Sequence record: OL631481.1
Source of the DNA: Escherichia phage ECML-183-2
Length of the DNA stretch: 64,000 nt
Reading direction: 5' to 3' (one strand)
Each line of letters opens with the position of its first letter. Position 1 is the stretch's first letter. Made by a program: the position numbers and the translations under genes. The notes under the pieces were generated by a model, which did not search any database, was not told where the DNA came from, and saw only the letters and a program-made list of their open reading frames with translations. Shown piece by piece: positions 45,754-54,291 of this stretch.

Positions 45754-46429
45754 AACAGTTTTGTCTATGTTTGACGGATCTGGGATCATGGTGTTACGTT
45801 ATGCCGAAGCAGGTCACAAGTGTTTTTGTGTAAACGCTGATGAAGGGGATCACGGTAAATACGAGGTTAGGATGGAGCACCCAAACATAACCTATGTGAA
45901 TGCCTGGATAGATTCTACATTCAACCCTGAAGATCATGGGATACCTAAACCCGATATTATTTTTGGATTTCCACCTTGCACTATGTTAGCAGGTAGTGGT
46001 AGCAAACACGAACGCAGCACAGAGGAATTGGATGAAGCTTTAGCTAATATTCGTGTAGTGGAAGCTTTGGGTAACAAATATAATGTTCCTTGGATGATTG
46101 AGAACCCAGTAGGTAAACTTTCAACCTTATGGCGTAAACCCGATTTTTACTTTGATCCTTATGAGTATGGTGGGTATTTGTTTGAAGAGGAAGGAAGCTT
46201 TCATCCTAAAATGCCTACCCGTGATGGGTATACAAAGAAAACTTGTATTTGGCACGGCAATGGTTTTGTTCAACCAGTGAAGAAACCAGTAGATCATATA
46301 GGCTGCTTCTGGGGTTGGAAAAGCTTAGGCGGAGCTAGTGCAAAAACAAAACAACTTAGATCCCTAACCGCACGTGGTTTTGCTCGTGCCGTGTTTTTGT
46401 CTAACAATCTTCTAGATAAGGAGAAATAA
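45746..46429 (+). CDS. C5-cytosine DNA methyltransferase-like protein (small)
   Basis: motif I-like FDGSG, motif IV-like FPPC, motif VI-like IENPVG; only about 227 aa. Confidence 0.4.
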   Translation: MSKTVLSMFDGSGIMVLRYAEAGHKCFCVNADEGDHGKYEVRMEHPNITYVNAWIDSTFNPEDHGIPKPDIIFGFPPCTMLAGSGSKHERSTEELDEALANIRVVEALGNKYNVPWMIENPVGKLSTLWRKPDFYFDPYEYGGYLFEEEGSFHPKMPTRDGYTKKTCIWHGNGFVQPVKKPVDHIGCFWGWKSLGGASAKTKQLRSLTARGFARAVFLSNNLLDKEK

Positions 46430-47046
46430 TGTCAAATTCAAAACCAGTAGTTGCTTATCAAGTAGATCGTAATGATGGTGAAGGTAGTGTTGTAGTTTTT
46501 GATACACATGGTCTTGCAGCAAGACGCAAAGGTGCTTGTCTACTGGACATTGGTGGTGAAGATGAATACTGCACTGTACGTAGAGTAAAAGAATTTGATC
46601 AATATGCTGAAAAAGGTTTTGTACCCGTGAAAGCACTATTAGAAGCTGGATGGTGGATACCTAGTGCACATGATTATGATATTTTGGAAGATACAGATGA
46701 ATTCAACAGTGAAGATTTTGTTTTTTCTCTGGATGAAAAATGCGTTTGGAAGGACTGGGATGAAATGGAACGCCATGCTTATTTTATAAACGAAGCATTA
46801 GATCGTAAAACTTGGTTTGAGAATACAGTTAAAGCAGCGTATCCTCAATTTACTTTTACACAGTTTTGGGGTGGCCCACATCATATTACTCATACAGCAT
46901 ATTTCGAGTTCCCAGGCTCACGTTATAAAGGTACTGTTTATTGGGATTGGGACGAGGACAAAGAACCTTCTGCTCAAGACTTCCGTTGCTATGTTTGTCA
47001 AGGTGATCAAGAAGCCCTTGACAAATACCTACAAAGTCTGGTATAG
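46429..47046 (+). CDS. hypothetical protein
   Basis: 205 aa. Confidence 0.45.
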   Translation: MSNSKPVVAYQVDRNDGEGSVVVFDTHGLAARRKGACLLDIGGEDEYCTVRRVKEFDQYAEKGFVPVKALLEAGWWIPSAHDYDILEDTDEFNSEDFVFSLDEKCVWKDWDEMERHAYFINEALDRKTWFENTVKAAYPQFTFTQFWGGPHHITHTAYFEFPGSRYKGTVYWDWDEDKEPSAQDFRCYVCQGDQEALDKYLQSLV

Positions 47047-47064
47047 TGCCAACATCTGAACAAA

Positions 47065-47092
47065 GCCTCCTGTTTCAGGGGGCTTTTCTTTT
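47065..47092 (+). terminator. hairpin plus T-run
   Basis: GCCTCC...GGGGGC stem followed by TTTTCTTTT. Confidence 0.45.
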
Positions 47093-47104
47093 ATAGGAGG
47101 GAAT

Positions 47105-47584
47105 ATGTTTCAAGTAAATGTCAATGTGCATAATAGTTACTCTGATTGTGAAACGTGTGGCTATAATTCATCTAATGTTGTTCGTATTAGTGGCGATTTA
47201 GGAGAAGCTTCTTTTGGAGAAGAAGCAAGTTGCTTTAGTGGTATGGATGCAGAATGGAATGATATTGCACATTGGTTGGTGAGCAAACTAAAAGAAAAAG
47301 AGAAACCATTTCCTACTCTGCTTGATCGTTCTCTTGTGGAAGACGCAGGTAAAGCATATGCAGACTATGCGTATGCAGACGGTAAATATTTGGAAGATGA
47401 TAAGGCTAACCATTTGCTTTATGTTTACTATGAAGCTGAATCTGCCTACGATAATTATTACAGCATGTCTAACATCCTACGTCTGTTTGCAGAGTTTGAT
47501 ATTTATTTCGAAGTAGAATTTTCAGAAGATGATGTTTATGAATATGATTCTTATGATCCATTTGAGGAGGAAGAGGGTGAATGA
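47105..47584 (+). CDS. highly acidic protein (possible DNA mimic)
   Basis: 159 aa, Asp/Glu/Tyr-rich C-terminus (EDDVYEYDSYDPFEEEEGE). Confidence 0.4.
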   Translation: MFQVNVNVHNSYSDCETCGYNSSNVVRISGDLGEASFGEEASCFSGMDAEWNDIAHWLVSKLKEKEKPFPTLLDRSLVEDAGKAYADYAYADGKYLEDDKANHLLYVYYEAESAYDNYYSMSNILRLFAEFDIYFEVEFSEDDVYEYDSYDPFEEEEGE

Positions 47585-48168
47585 TAGAACGAAAACCCTT
47601 ACCAGATAGAGACTACTTGTTATCAAGGTTTAGTGTGGAGAATGGTCGTCTTGTTTGGAAACCTAAACCTTCTACAACAAAAGAGAACAAAAGATGGAAT
47701 AGCAGATACGCAGGGAAGATTGCAGGGACTATTGATAAAGCTGGTTACTCTCATGTCAAAATAGACGGTATTGTATACTTGGAGCACAGAGTTTGTTTTA
47801 AAATGTACCATAATTACTGTCCAGATGTTATAGATCATGATGACGGCAATAAGCTTAATAATGCGGAAAGTAATTTATTGGATAGTAACTATTTATTAAA
47901 TAATAACAATAGACATGTGGATGGGTTAGAAGGTATTTATGAAAAGGATGGTGTTTTTCTTTGGGTTATAAACTACAACCAAGAAACTTTCTCTGTTTCA
48001 GGTTTCAAAACTAAAGAGGAAGCTACTGTAGCTAGAGCTTTAGCAAAACAAGAAATTTTGAAAGGATCTTATATCAAAAAAGAAAAGAAGCGTATAGATA
48101 ACACTTCAGGATTAAGTTGTGTGTTTGTGGCAACAAGAGAGAACATTCTTTTTCAAGTTTGTGTTTGA
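47581..48168 (+). CDS. HNH homing endonuclease (HNH_3-like)
   Basis: LEHRV ... IDHDDGNKLNNAESNL signature. Confidence 0.6.
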   Translation: MIERKPLPDRDYLLSRFSVENGRLVWKPKPSTTKENKRWNSRYAGKIAGTIDKAGYSHVKIDGIVYLEHRVCFKMYHNYCPDVIDHDDGNKLNNAESNLLDSNYLLNNNNRHVDGLEGIYEKDGVFLWVINYNQETFSVSGFKTKEEATVARALAKQEILKGSYIKKEKKRIDNTSGLSCVFVATRENILFQVCV

Positions 48169-48308
48169 CAAGACCACGTATTGCAAATATGGTTTCAACG
48201 ATCCAGAGAGATGTGCTATAGCTCTGGAGAAGCTAAGGTTGAAGGTGATGAAAGAAAAATATAAACCTGCAAATAAAAGCATTTGCGAAAAACATAAGGA
48301 GGAGATTT

Positions 48309-49124
48309 ATGCCGCGTAGAGTCATATTCATAACTGGCGCAGGACTATCTGTGGATAGCGGTATCCCAGCTTTTAGAACAGATACTTCTTCAGGGGAGGC
48401 GTTATGGTCTTCTTATAATCTTTCTGAAGTCTGTGACATTTTCAACTTCCGTGACGGTTATCAGCAAGAACAAGGTATTCTGGATGCTATGGGCGGTTTA
48501 GATGCGGAAGGATATAACCTCTACCGTAAAACTCACGACTTTTACAATAAACGTCGCGCGGAATTAGAGAAAGTTGACCCGAATCCGGCACATCTTCAGA
48601 TTGGGGAATGGTTCAAAAAACATGGTGCAGAAAAGATTATTAACATCACTACTAACGTTGATGACCTCCTTGAACGAGCAGGAGTAGATAGGGAAGAAGT
48701 GCTACATGTGCATGGTTTTCTTCCTGAAATTACTTTTCAAAGAAAAGCTGGACAACCTACAATTGTAAAAGATGTTGGTTATCAAGCCATAGATGTAGAT
48801 GACTACCATTATGTAAAACCTAATGTAATCTTCTTTGGGGAAGCTGCTCCACTTTACACAGATATGTATCATATTTTTGATACACTGACGGCTCAAGATA
48901 TGGTTATCGTTGTAGGCTGCTCTAACCAAGTAATCAACTTCAACTGGGAACTCTTCCCTGCCCTGAATATTGGGGTTAAGATGGTTGTAGTTAACCCAGG
49001 TTTGAATTTTGTAGAACAAACTCTCTACGAAGAACGTGGAGTGCTTGTCTACCGAGAGAAAGCAGGAACAGTCTTCAGTGATGAAGGCTTTATCAAAATG
49101 GTTGAAGACCATTTAAACAAATAA
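48309..49124 (+). CDS. Sir2-family (sirtuin-like) NAD-dependent protein lacking the zinc ribbon
   Basis: ITGAGLSVDSGIPAFR, LHVHGF, PNVIFFGE, VIVVGCS; no CxxC pairs. Confidence 0.65.
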   Translation: MPRRVIFITGAGLSVDSGIPAFRTDTSSGEALWSSYNLSEVCDIFNFRDGYQQEQGILDAMGGLDAEGYNLYRKTHDFYNKRRAELEKVDPNPAHLQIGEWFKKHGAEKIINITTNVDDLLERAGVDREEVLHVHGFLPEITFQRKAGQPTIVKDVGYQAIDVDDYHYVKPNVIFFGEAAPLYTDMYHIFDTLTAQDMVIVVGCSNQVINFNWELFPALNIGVKMVVVNPGLNFVEQTLYEERGVLVYREKAGTVFSDEGFIKMVEDHLNK

Positions 49125-49133
49125 ACCACTCAA

Positions 49134-49152
49134 GGGGCTTCGGCCCCTTTCT
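49134..49152 (+). terminator. hairpin GGGGCTTCGGCCCC (copy 3 of 3)
   Basis: identical 14-mer followed by TTTCTT. Confidence 0.4.
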
Positions 49153-49167
49153 TATTAGGAGAATAAA

Positions 49168-49440
49168 ATGACTGAAGAAATCCGTGATTACTACCTTGCA
49201 CATTACGTTTACTACTTTGCCAATGCTACACAAAAAGGGGAAGGTAATCTTTACTTGGCAACAGGACATGGAACAGGCGTTAGGAAATCCAATATTGATA
49301 ATGCCTTGGCTCAAGTGGCTGCGGGGCTAGAAGATAAACTTCAAACACCTGTAGTTGTAGTGATGCAAAATATAAGTTACCTAGCAAGTTGTACTGAAAC
49401 CGAATTTAACGCGTCTGAGACGCAATCTAACGAAGAATAA
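49168..49440 (+). CDS. hypothetical protein
   Basis: 90 aa; last plus-strand gene. Confidence 0.45.
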   Translation: MTEEIRDYYLAHYVYYFANATQKGEGNLYLATGHGTGVRKSNIDNALAQVAAGLEDKLQTPVVVVMQNISYLASCTETEFNASETQSNEE

Positions 49441-49446
49441 AACAAA

Positions 49447-49475
49447 GGCACCCAAGTGGGTGCCTTTTCTATTTT
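49447..49475 (+). terminator. intrinsic terminator closing the plus-strand block
   Basis: GGCACCC-AAGT-GGGTGCC followed by TTTTCTATTTT. Confidence 0.65.
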
Positions 49476-49509
49476 AGAGCGTCTCTGTTCGATTTAGGTG
49501 GGTTCTAGC

Positions 49510-49740
49510 TTACTTGTGTAGTGCTCTCTCGTATAACTCAATAATTAATTCATCTTCTACTGTAATACGCGCCATTTGATCCGTCTTAAGGATTGTTGGT
49601 TGGTAGTGGTGCATTTCACTATTGATACTACAATCCCATTCGTCATAACCTAAATACTCTCCTACATGGACCTTAACCATAAAGGGAAACGGGTTATCTA
49701 CCAAAAATGCCATACAACCTTCTTCGATTTTATTTAACAC
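49510..49740 (-). CDS. hypothetical protein
   Basis: 76 aa; GTG start after AGGAGG; lies between convergent terminators. Confidence 0.35.
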   Translation of the reverse strand: MLNKIEEGCMAFLVDNPFPFMVKVHVGEYLGYDEWDCSINSEMHHYQPTILKTDQMARITVEDELIIELYERALHK

Positions 49741-49764
49741 ACGACCTCCTATTGCTACAGATAT

Positions 49765-49788
49765 GAAAAAACCCGCCGAAGCGGGTTC
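49765..49788 (-). terminator. intrinsic terminator for the minus-strand block
   Basis: ACCCGC-TTCG-GCGGGT followed by TTTTTT on the minus strand. Confidence 0.6.
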
Positions 49789-49831
49789 TATTGCTACGAT
49801 AGGATCACTATCCTATAGTATTGTTTCTGTG

Positions 49832-50113
49832 TCAAGCCTTAGCGTAGAAAAACTTCTCATATTCAGATTTTGTTACGATTGTGGGGCAATCTTTTGTTCC
49901 ATCCTCGATAACAGGGGCTTCTACCATTCTGGTGTTGAATAAGCAATAAGTTCCACGCATGTAAATACCCAGTTTTGTTTCTACGATGTGCTCTTTACTT
50001 ACGCTTGAAAACTTAATCTCACCATCGGAGTCTCTTATAGCAATAAGCGCATGTTCGGGCCAATCTTTTCCTTTTGCTCCTAAAGCATTATACAATTCTT
50101 GAACGAGTTCCAT
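49832..50113 (-). CDS. hypothetical protein
   Basis: 93 aa. Confidence 0.45.
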   Translation of the reverse strand: MELVQELYNALGAKGKDWPEHALIAIRDSDGEIKFSSVSKEHIVETKLGIYMRGTYCLFNTRMVEAPVIEDGTKDCPTIVTKSEYEKFFYAKA

Positions 50114-50125
50114 ATGACCTCCTTA

Positions 50126-50326
50126 TTAAATAACAAATTTTTCTTCTTCTGGCTTATCATAATCTGGAGAATAAACATGTGCGGGATTAAAACCTTTAAA
50201 ATTTCCGCGACCTTTACGTGGACAGTTGAATGTGCGAGCTTGATGATCCCCAAAAGATTTCCCACAATGCATACATTTAAAATCAGTGCGTTTAGTCATG
50301 CCATATCTCCTTTTAAAAGGCTGCAC
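50126..50326 (-). CDS. small zinc-finger protein
   Basis: CMHCGKSF ... FNCPRKGRG. Confidence 0.4.
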   Translation of the reverse strand: MQPFKRRYGMTKRTDFKCMHCGKSFGDHQARTFNCPRKGRGNFKGFNPAHVYSPDYDKPEEEKFVI

Positions 50327-50462
50327 CTGTTGAAGATGCAGCTTTGATAGATTATTTAGATGAGTCTAAAATGTCTTTTACTTTTGCCGTGATAACGTCT
50401 TGATATTTGTTAATAAGATAGCCTACAACTACACCTACGATAAATGAAACCATTATTTCTCC

Positions 50463-51071
50463 TTATTTAAGTGGTGAGAGAACAATCTCTCGGTTTTTTA
50501 AGAACCAAAGCACGTCATCTTGATCATAGTCTGATCCCTCTGTAGTAGAATTTTTGATAGAATCAAAAAACCAACGAGGTATACCAAAACAACTTCCAGA
50601 TGACTGCATGTCTTTCTGCGACATTTTAAATGTGATTGGAAAATCACAATTATCAATCTCTCGGATATCTGCTGAAGATAAGATTGTAACTTCAACCAGT
50701 TCGTCGTTAGATGTAGTATCGTTGTCTTCCTGAATAATGTCAAATGCTTTTTGCACATCTTTTGCATCTAATGTTAAACCTGTGGCTTTCTGAAAAGCCG
50801 AAACAAAAATTAGAGCTTCTTCAGAGCAAGGGGCTTCCAGCAAATGAGCCATAATAGGTGACAAGCAAATGTTAAGATCTTTGTCATACCAACGAACAAT
50901 CCACACAGGCGTTGCTCCGTTTTGTTTGTCACGAGCCAAAATTGTAACGTGCTGACCTTCTTCTGGTATATGATACAAACCAGAAAAACCAGGACCTGTA
51001 GTAGATTTTTTGACACGTGCTACGTGTCCAACTTCTAAAGGATCTTTACCATCCCAAATCTTCTCTTCCAT
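50463..51071 (-). CDS. hypothetical protein
   Basis: 202 aa. Confidence 0.5.
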   Translation of the reverse strand: MEEKIWDGKDPLEVGHVARVKKSTTGPGFSGLYHIPEEGQHVTILARDKQNGATPVWIVRWYDKDLNICLSPIMAHLLEAPCSEEALIFVSAFQKATGLTLDAKDVQKAFDIIQEDNDTTSNDELVEVTILSSADIREIDNCDFPITFKMSQKDMQSSGSCFGIPRWFFDSIKNSTTEGSDYDQDDVLWFLKNREIVLSPLK

Positions 51072-51079
51072 ATAACCTC

Positions 51080-51343
51080 CTAAATAACATCTTTGAAATA
51101 GTGAATCACTTCAATATTATGGTACAAAGTGCTTCGCTCTTTTGTGTACTCTGTTTTAGTAACAAACACTTTTGCAATACCGTACTTATGTGCTGGTAGG
51201 TTTGGATTGGTTTGCATAATTTCTTTCACTACATTTATAGTTTCGTGCTCGGATTCCCAATAAGTGAAGTAACCCTCACTATCAACGATTAAAGACTCGT
51301 TTTCAAGATCTACAAAACAGAAAAATATTGACGGATGGCTCAT
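51080..51343 (-). CDS. hypothetical protein
   Basis: 87 aa. Confidence 0.45.
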   Translation of the reverse strand: MSHPSIFFCFVDLENESLIVDSEGYFTYWESEHETINVVKEIMQTNPNLPAHKYGIAKVFVTKTEYTKERSTLYHNIEVIHYFKDVI

Positions 51344-51507
51344 TCTTTTTCTTCAACCTTCCTCAAAGCTTTTTGATCGAATATGGCGTGTTGCAATTCC
51401 CCGTTTTCATCGAACCAAGTTACTTTACAAGATTCACCATAACTTTCTATTACTGTCATTCGTTTGTTTGCACCTTTAAGGCAAACCACATCACCTACTT
51501 GCATCAT
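51340..51507 (-). CDS. small protein (55 aa), DUF2158-like
   Basis: ATGA-coupled at both ends; MMQVGDVVCLKGANKRMTVIES...; below ORF-track cutoff. Confidence 0.4.
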   Translation of the reverse strand: MMQVGDVVCLKGANKRMTVIESYGESCKVTWFDENGELQHAIFDQKALRKVEEKE

Positions 51508-51953
51508 GATTGAGTTCCTTTTTGTTTTTCAATAGCTGCACGAATTTCTGCTAAAGGTTCTGCTACCAAGTCTTCAACTTCTTGGATTTGTTCATTCATC
51601 ACATCACGAACCATTTGAATACGCTCTTCAAGGGAAACAGCAAGTTCATCTGCATAAGCCATATTAAGAACGTGGTAGAAATTTTCTTGTGCACTTAAAG
51701 CACCAGATAACAAATAATCCTGATCTTCCTCTGGTAAAAGCATGTGTTGCTCATATTCAGCAAAAGTGTTTTTGTTAATCTCAAGCAAAGCACCCATCAT
51801 AACATCATACTGATAATTTTTATGACCAGGATTGTTTAAAATAATATCTTCAAAGATATTAAGAAGAATCTTAGTAACAAAAGCATTGTTTTCGGCACCT
51901 TCCATCTGACGGATTACCGTGATTACTTCTTTTTCTTTAGCGTTTTGGCTCAT
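51504..51953 (-). CDS. hypothetical protein
   Basis: 149 aa. Confidence 0.5.
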   Translation of the reverse strand: MSQNAKEKEVITVIRQMEGAENNAFVTKILLNIFEDIILNNPGHKNYQYDVMMGALLEINKNTFAEYEQHMLLPEEDQDYLLSGALSAQENFYHVLNMAYADELAVSLEERIQMVRDVMNEQIQEVEDLVAEPLAEIRAAIEKQKGTQS

Positions 51954-52143
51954 AGTGTTTCTCCTCTGATTCTATTTCGATATAGCCTGTGGTTTTGCAC
52001 GGGTTACACTCGTAAATTTGACCTACATCCGCCATAACATATCCTTCACCACCACAATAGGGGCAAGGCATAGGAGGACAAGGTATGGACGTAATGATTG
52101 TTACGACATTATCAATTTTCAACATTTTCGCCATTATTACCAT
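51937..52143 (-). CDS. small zinc-ribbon protein
   Basis: CPYCGGEG ... CNPC. Confidence 0.4.
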   Translation of the reverse strand: MVIMAKMLKIDNVVTIITSIPCPPMPCPYCGGEGYVMADVGQIYECNPCKTTGYIEIESEEKHYEPKR

Positions 52144-52385
52144 TCCGCTATTAACGTCAAACCAAGTGCATCGTTAAAACGCTCAACATTTGAGTATAGG
52201 TATGGAGGGGTTATTTGCTCTAAAATCTGTGCTGCTTCCACTTGGTGCTCTATGTTTTGAGAAGTTCGGGCATAAACTAAGACACCCATTTTATTCAAAA
52301 TAAAAACAGAATCAGACCCATCCAGCTTATCAACGGCTGCATACATTTTAGTCATATCTTCTCCTGGATTACCATTCAGCAACAA
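52137..52385 (-). CDS. hypothetical protein
   Basis: 82 aa. Confidence 0.4.
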   Translation of the reverse strand: MLLNGNPGEDMTKMYAAVDKLDGSDSVFILNKMGVLVYARTSQNIEHQVEAAQILEQITPPYLYSNVERFNDALGLTLIAEW

Positions 52386-52584
52386 GACTAGGATTCATAG
52401 CAAAAGCTTTGAAAGTTGTTATGTCATGACTAACATTAAAACTAACACCTTTTACTTTCTCTAATATTTGAACTTTCGTCTCTCCGTCCCACGGTAGGAT
52501 GATAACACCATCTTCTGTGATCAACCACCAATGGTTCTCTCCATCTCGTGAATCTTTTGCTTTGTATAGAAAATTGGAACTCAT
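52369..52584 (-). CDS. hypothetical protein
   Basis: 71 aa. Confidence 0.4.
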   Translation of the reverse strand: MSSNFLYKAKDSRDGENHWWLITEDGVIILPWDGETKVQILEKVKGVSFNVSHDITTFKAFAMNPSLVAEW

Positions 52585-52945
52585 TCTTCCTCCTGTTCGG
52601 TATTATTCACCTGTGAGACACAATGTAACACAAGCTTTGTGAGTTTGTCAAGGATCTAATTACATTCTACACAAGAAGAGGGGTTAATAACTATAGGAAT
52701 AGTCTCACTATAGGTGCAATACTAGTTAAGAGTTAGATTGATAGGTAAGACTTATCTTAAACAGATAATTGATAGGTGAGTCACCATTGACTTTTTCAAA
52801 AAAGTATGGTACCCTAAACATATGTTTACGAGCGATAGCGAGTAGTAGATTTCTATATAATAATGTTTCATGTTACTCACGACAGTGAGGTATGAAACGT
52901 AAGTTAAGGTAGATAAACTATGATCATCTATCTACCATCTATTAA
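52585..52945. promoter_or_regulatory. non-coding region with direct repeats and a long hairpin
   Basis: direct repeats ATTGATAGGT(A/G)AG x2; imperfect hairpin GTTTCAT...ACTCAC/GTGAG...ATGAAAC; 11-mer CTCACTATAGG. Confidence 0.4.
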
Positions 52946-53155
52946 TCAATATAGATCTAATGTTAGACTAACAGTTATCCAACAAACAATAGCAGTCCAT
53001 ATAACAAGTAATGATCTACAAACTACATCCCATTCAAATACATTGTATGTTAACCATTCTCCCATCACAACAGAAGAACCTAACCAACATCCAACAATAA
53101 CTATAATCCAATAAAAGAATCCTACAGTAGAGTATACAGCAAAAGCTTTTAACAT
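52946..53155 (-). CDS. small membrane protein
   Basis: 69 aa, two hydrophobic helices. Confidence 0.35.
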   Translation of the reverse strand: MLKAFAVYSTVGFFYWIIVIVGCWLGSSVVMGEWLTYNVFEWDVVCRSLLVIWTAIVCWITVSLTLDLY

Positions 53156-53568
53156 CTTTCCTCCAAAAGTTGTTCAACAGTTTGACGAGTATGATTGTCC
53201 CAGTAAACCTTAGTGAAGTCAAGAGTTCCTTGTTCGTTTCTCTTAGTTTCGAAGAAGTATCCGCCTTCTCTTTCTACTCTGTCTCTAATGTGCTCTATGA
53301 GGTGCTTTTTACAAGATGCTGATAAACAGTGGTCATATTCCCCACGAAGCAATGCTATAGCTGCAAGCCTGTTATCACCAACTTGAGATATTGTCCAAGA
53401 AAGCATACTACCTTTTATACCTAAAGGTGTTTGTCGAATGGAATATCCACCATGCCTACTGATAGAAATTATGGCAAGTGGTTCTCCTGTTAGGGATCTT
53501 CCTAATGCACCTTCTGTTGGACTTCCTTCAATAACACGTTTGAAAAAGGCTTTGATCTTACCTAACAT
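53149..53568 (-). CDS. hypothetical protein
   Basis: 139 aa. Confidence 0.45.
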   Translation of the reverse strand: MLGKIKAFFKRVIEGSPTEGALGRSLTGEPLAIISISRHGGYSIRQTPLGIKGSMLSWTISQVGDNRLAAIALLRGEYDHCLSASCKKHLIEHIRDRVEREGGYFFETKRNEQGTLDFTKVYWDNHTRQTVEQLLEERC

Positions 53569-53585
53569 AAGTCCCCCTTAAAAAT

Positions 53586-53720
53586 TTACTTGTTTAAAGT
53601 ATCTCTTACTTGTTCTGCTTGACGTTTAGTAATAAAAGTCCCAACCGAAACGTTAAACTCATTGACTACAGAGAACGATCCATCACGGTTCTCACGAATA
53701 TTAAACAATTTCTTACTCAT
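53586..53720 (-). CDS. small protein (44 aa)
   Basis: strong RBS AAGGAGGTAGA before ATG; below ORF-track cutoff. Confidence 0.35.
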   Translation of the reverse strand: MSKKLFNIRENRDGSFSVVNEFNVSVGTFITKRQAEQVRDTLNK

Positions 53721-54288
53721 TTCTACCTCCTTCAATGCTTTGTGCCGTACCATCCCAAGCCATTAGAATGTTTTCCAATAGTTCACGAGGCTCTTTAAAC
53801 CAAACTTCCATTTCATCAAGGATCTCGTCCGTGTCGTAAGTATAACCTGGAACACCAAGTTCACATTTCTTAAGATAGCTTTCTAACCAGCGGTGATAAT
53901 TCTTAACCCATTCATACTGTGCTACCTTTTCTTTTACCCAATCTACACGATCTTTATCATAATGTTGAGTGCCAAGGAAAAAACCATTGTGGAAACTTTC
54001 CTCACCGAAAGGATAAATTGGATCTAAACCATCTTCTTCAAATAACATTTTTAATCTGTTTGATGTAGATTTCTTAGTTTCTGAATTGTAGTTTGTGGTT
54101 ATAAGCCAATCTTCCAAACAACGACACAAACCTTGACGAGAATCCCAAGGAAAAACACAATCTCCGACAGGAGCTTGTTTCGCCCATTTCAACCAGCCTT
54201 TAAAAAAGTTATACAGTATGTAGTCTTCAGTGTAATACATTATCTCCTCCTTTACGTATACAATAACACCCCGAAGAACGGGGTGCAA
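53713..54288 (-). CDS. paralog family member (WL...GLC...PF...R-x-WVK signature), long form
   Basis: shares the conserved motif set with 55180-55578, 58065-58391, 58824-59150, 62097-62411. Confidence 0.5.
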   Translation of the reverse strand: MHPVLRGVIVYVKEEIMYYTEDYILYNFFKGWLKWAKQAPVGDCVFPWDSRQGLCRCLEDWLITTNYNSETKKSTSNRLKMLFEEDGLDPIYPFGEESFHNGFFLGTQHYDKDRVDWVKEKVAQYEWVKNYHRWLESYLKKCELGVPGYTYDTDEILDEMEVWFKEPRELLENILMAWDGTAQSIEGGRNE

Positions 54289-54291
54289 CTG

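Noticed and set aside
49510-49740. Doubt about gene 49510-49740
   Set aside because: It lies between convergent terminators with little room for a promoter, but it has a good RBS and GTG start, so it was kept as a low-confidence CDS.
52831-52851. T7-type promoter (CTCACTATAGG core)
   Set aside because: Upstream -17 to -12 positions do not match the T7 consensus in register and no phage RNA polymerase gene is seen; not annotated as a promoter, only flagged.
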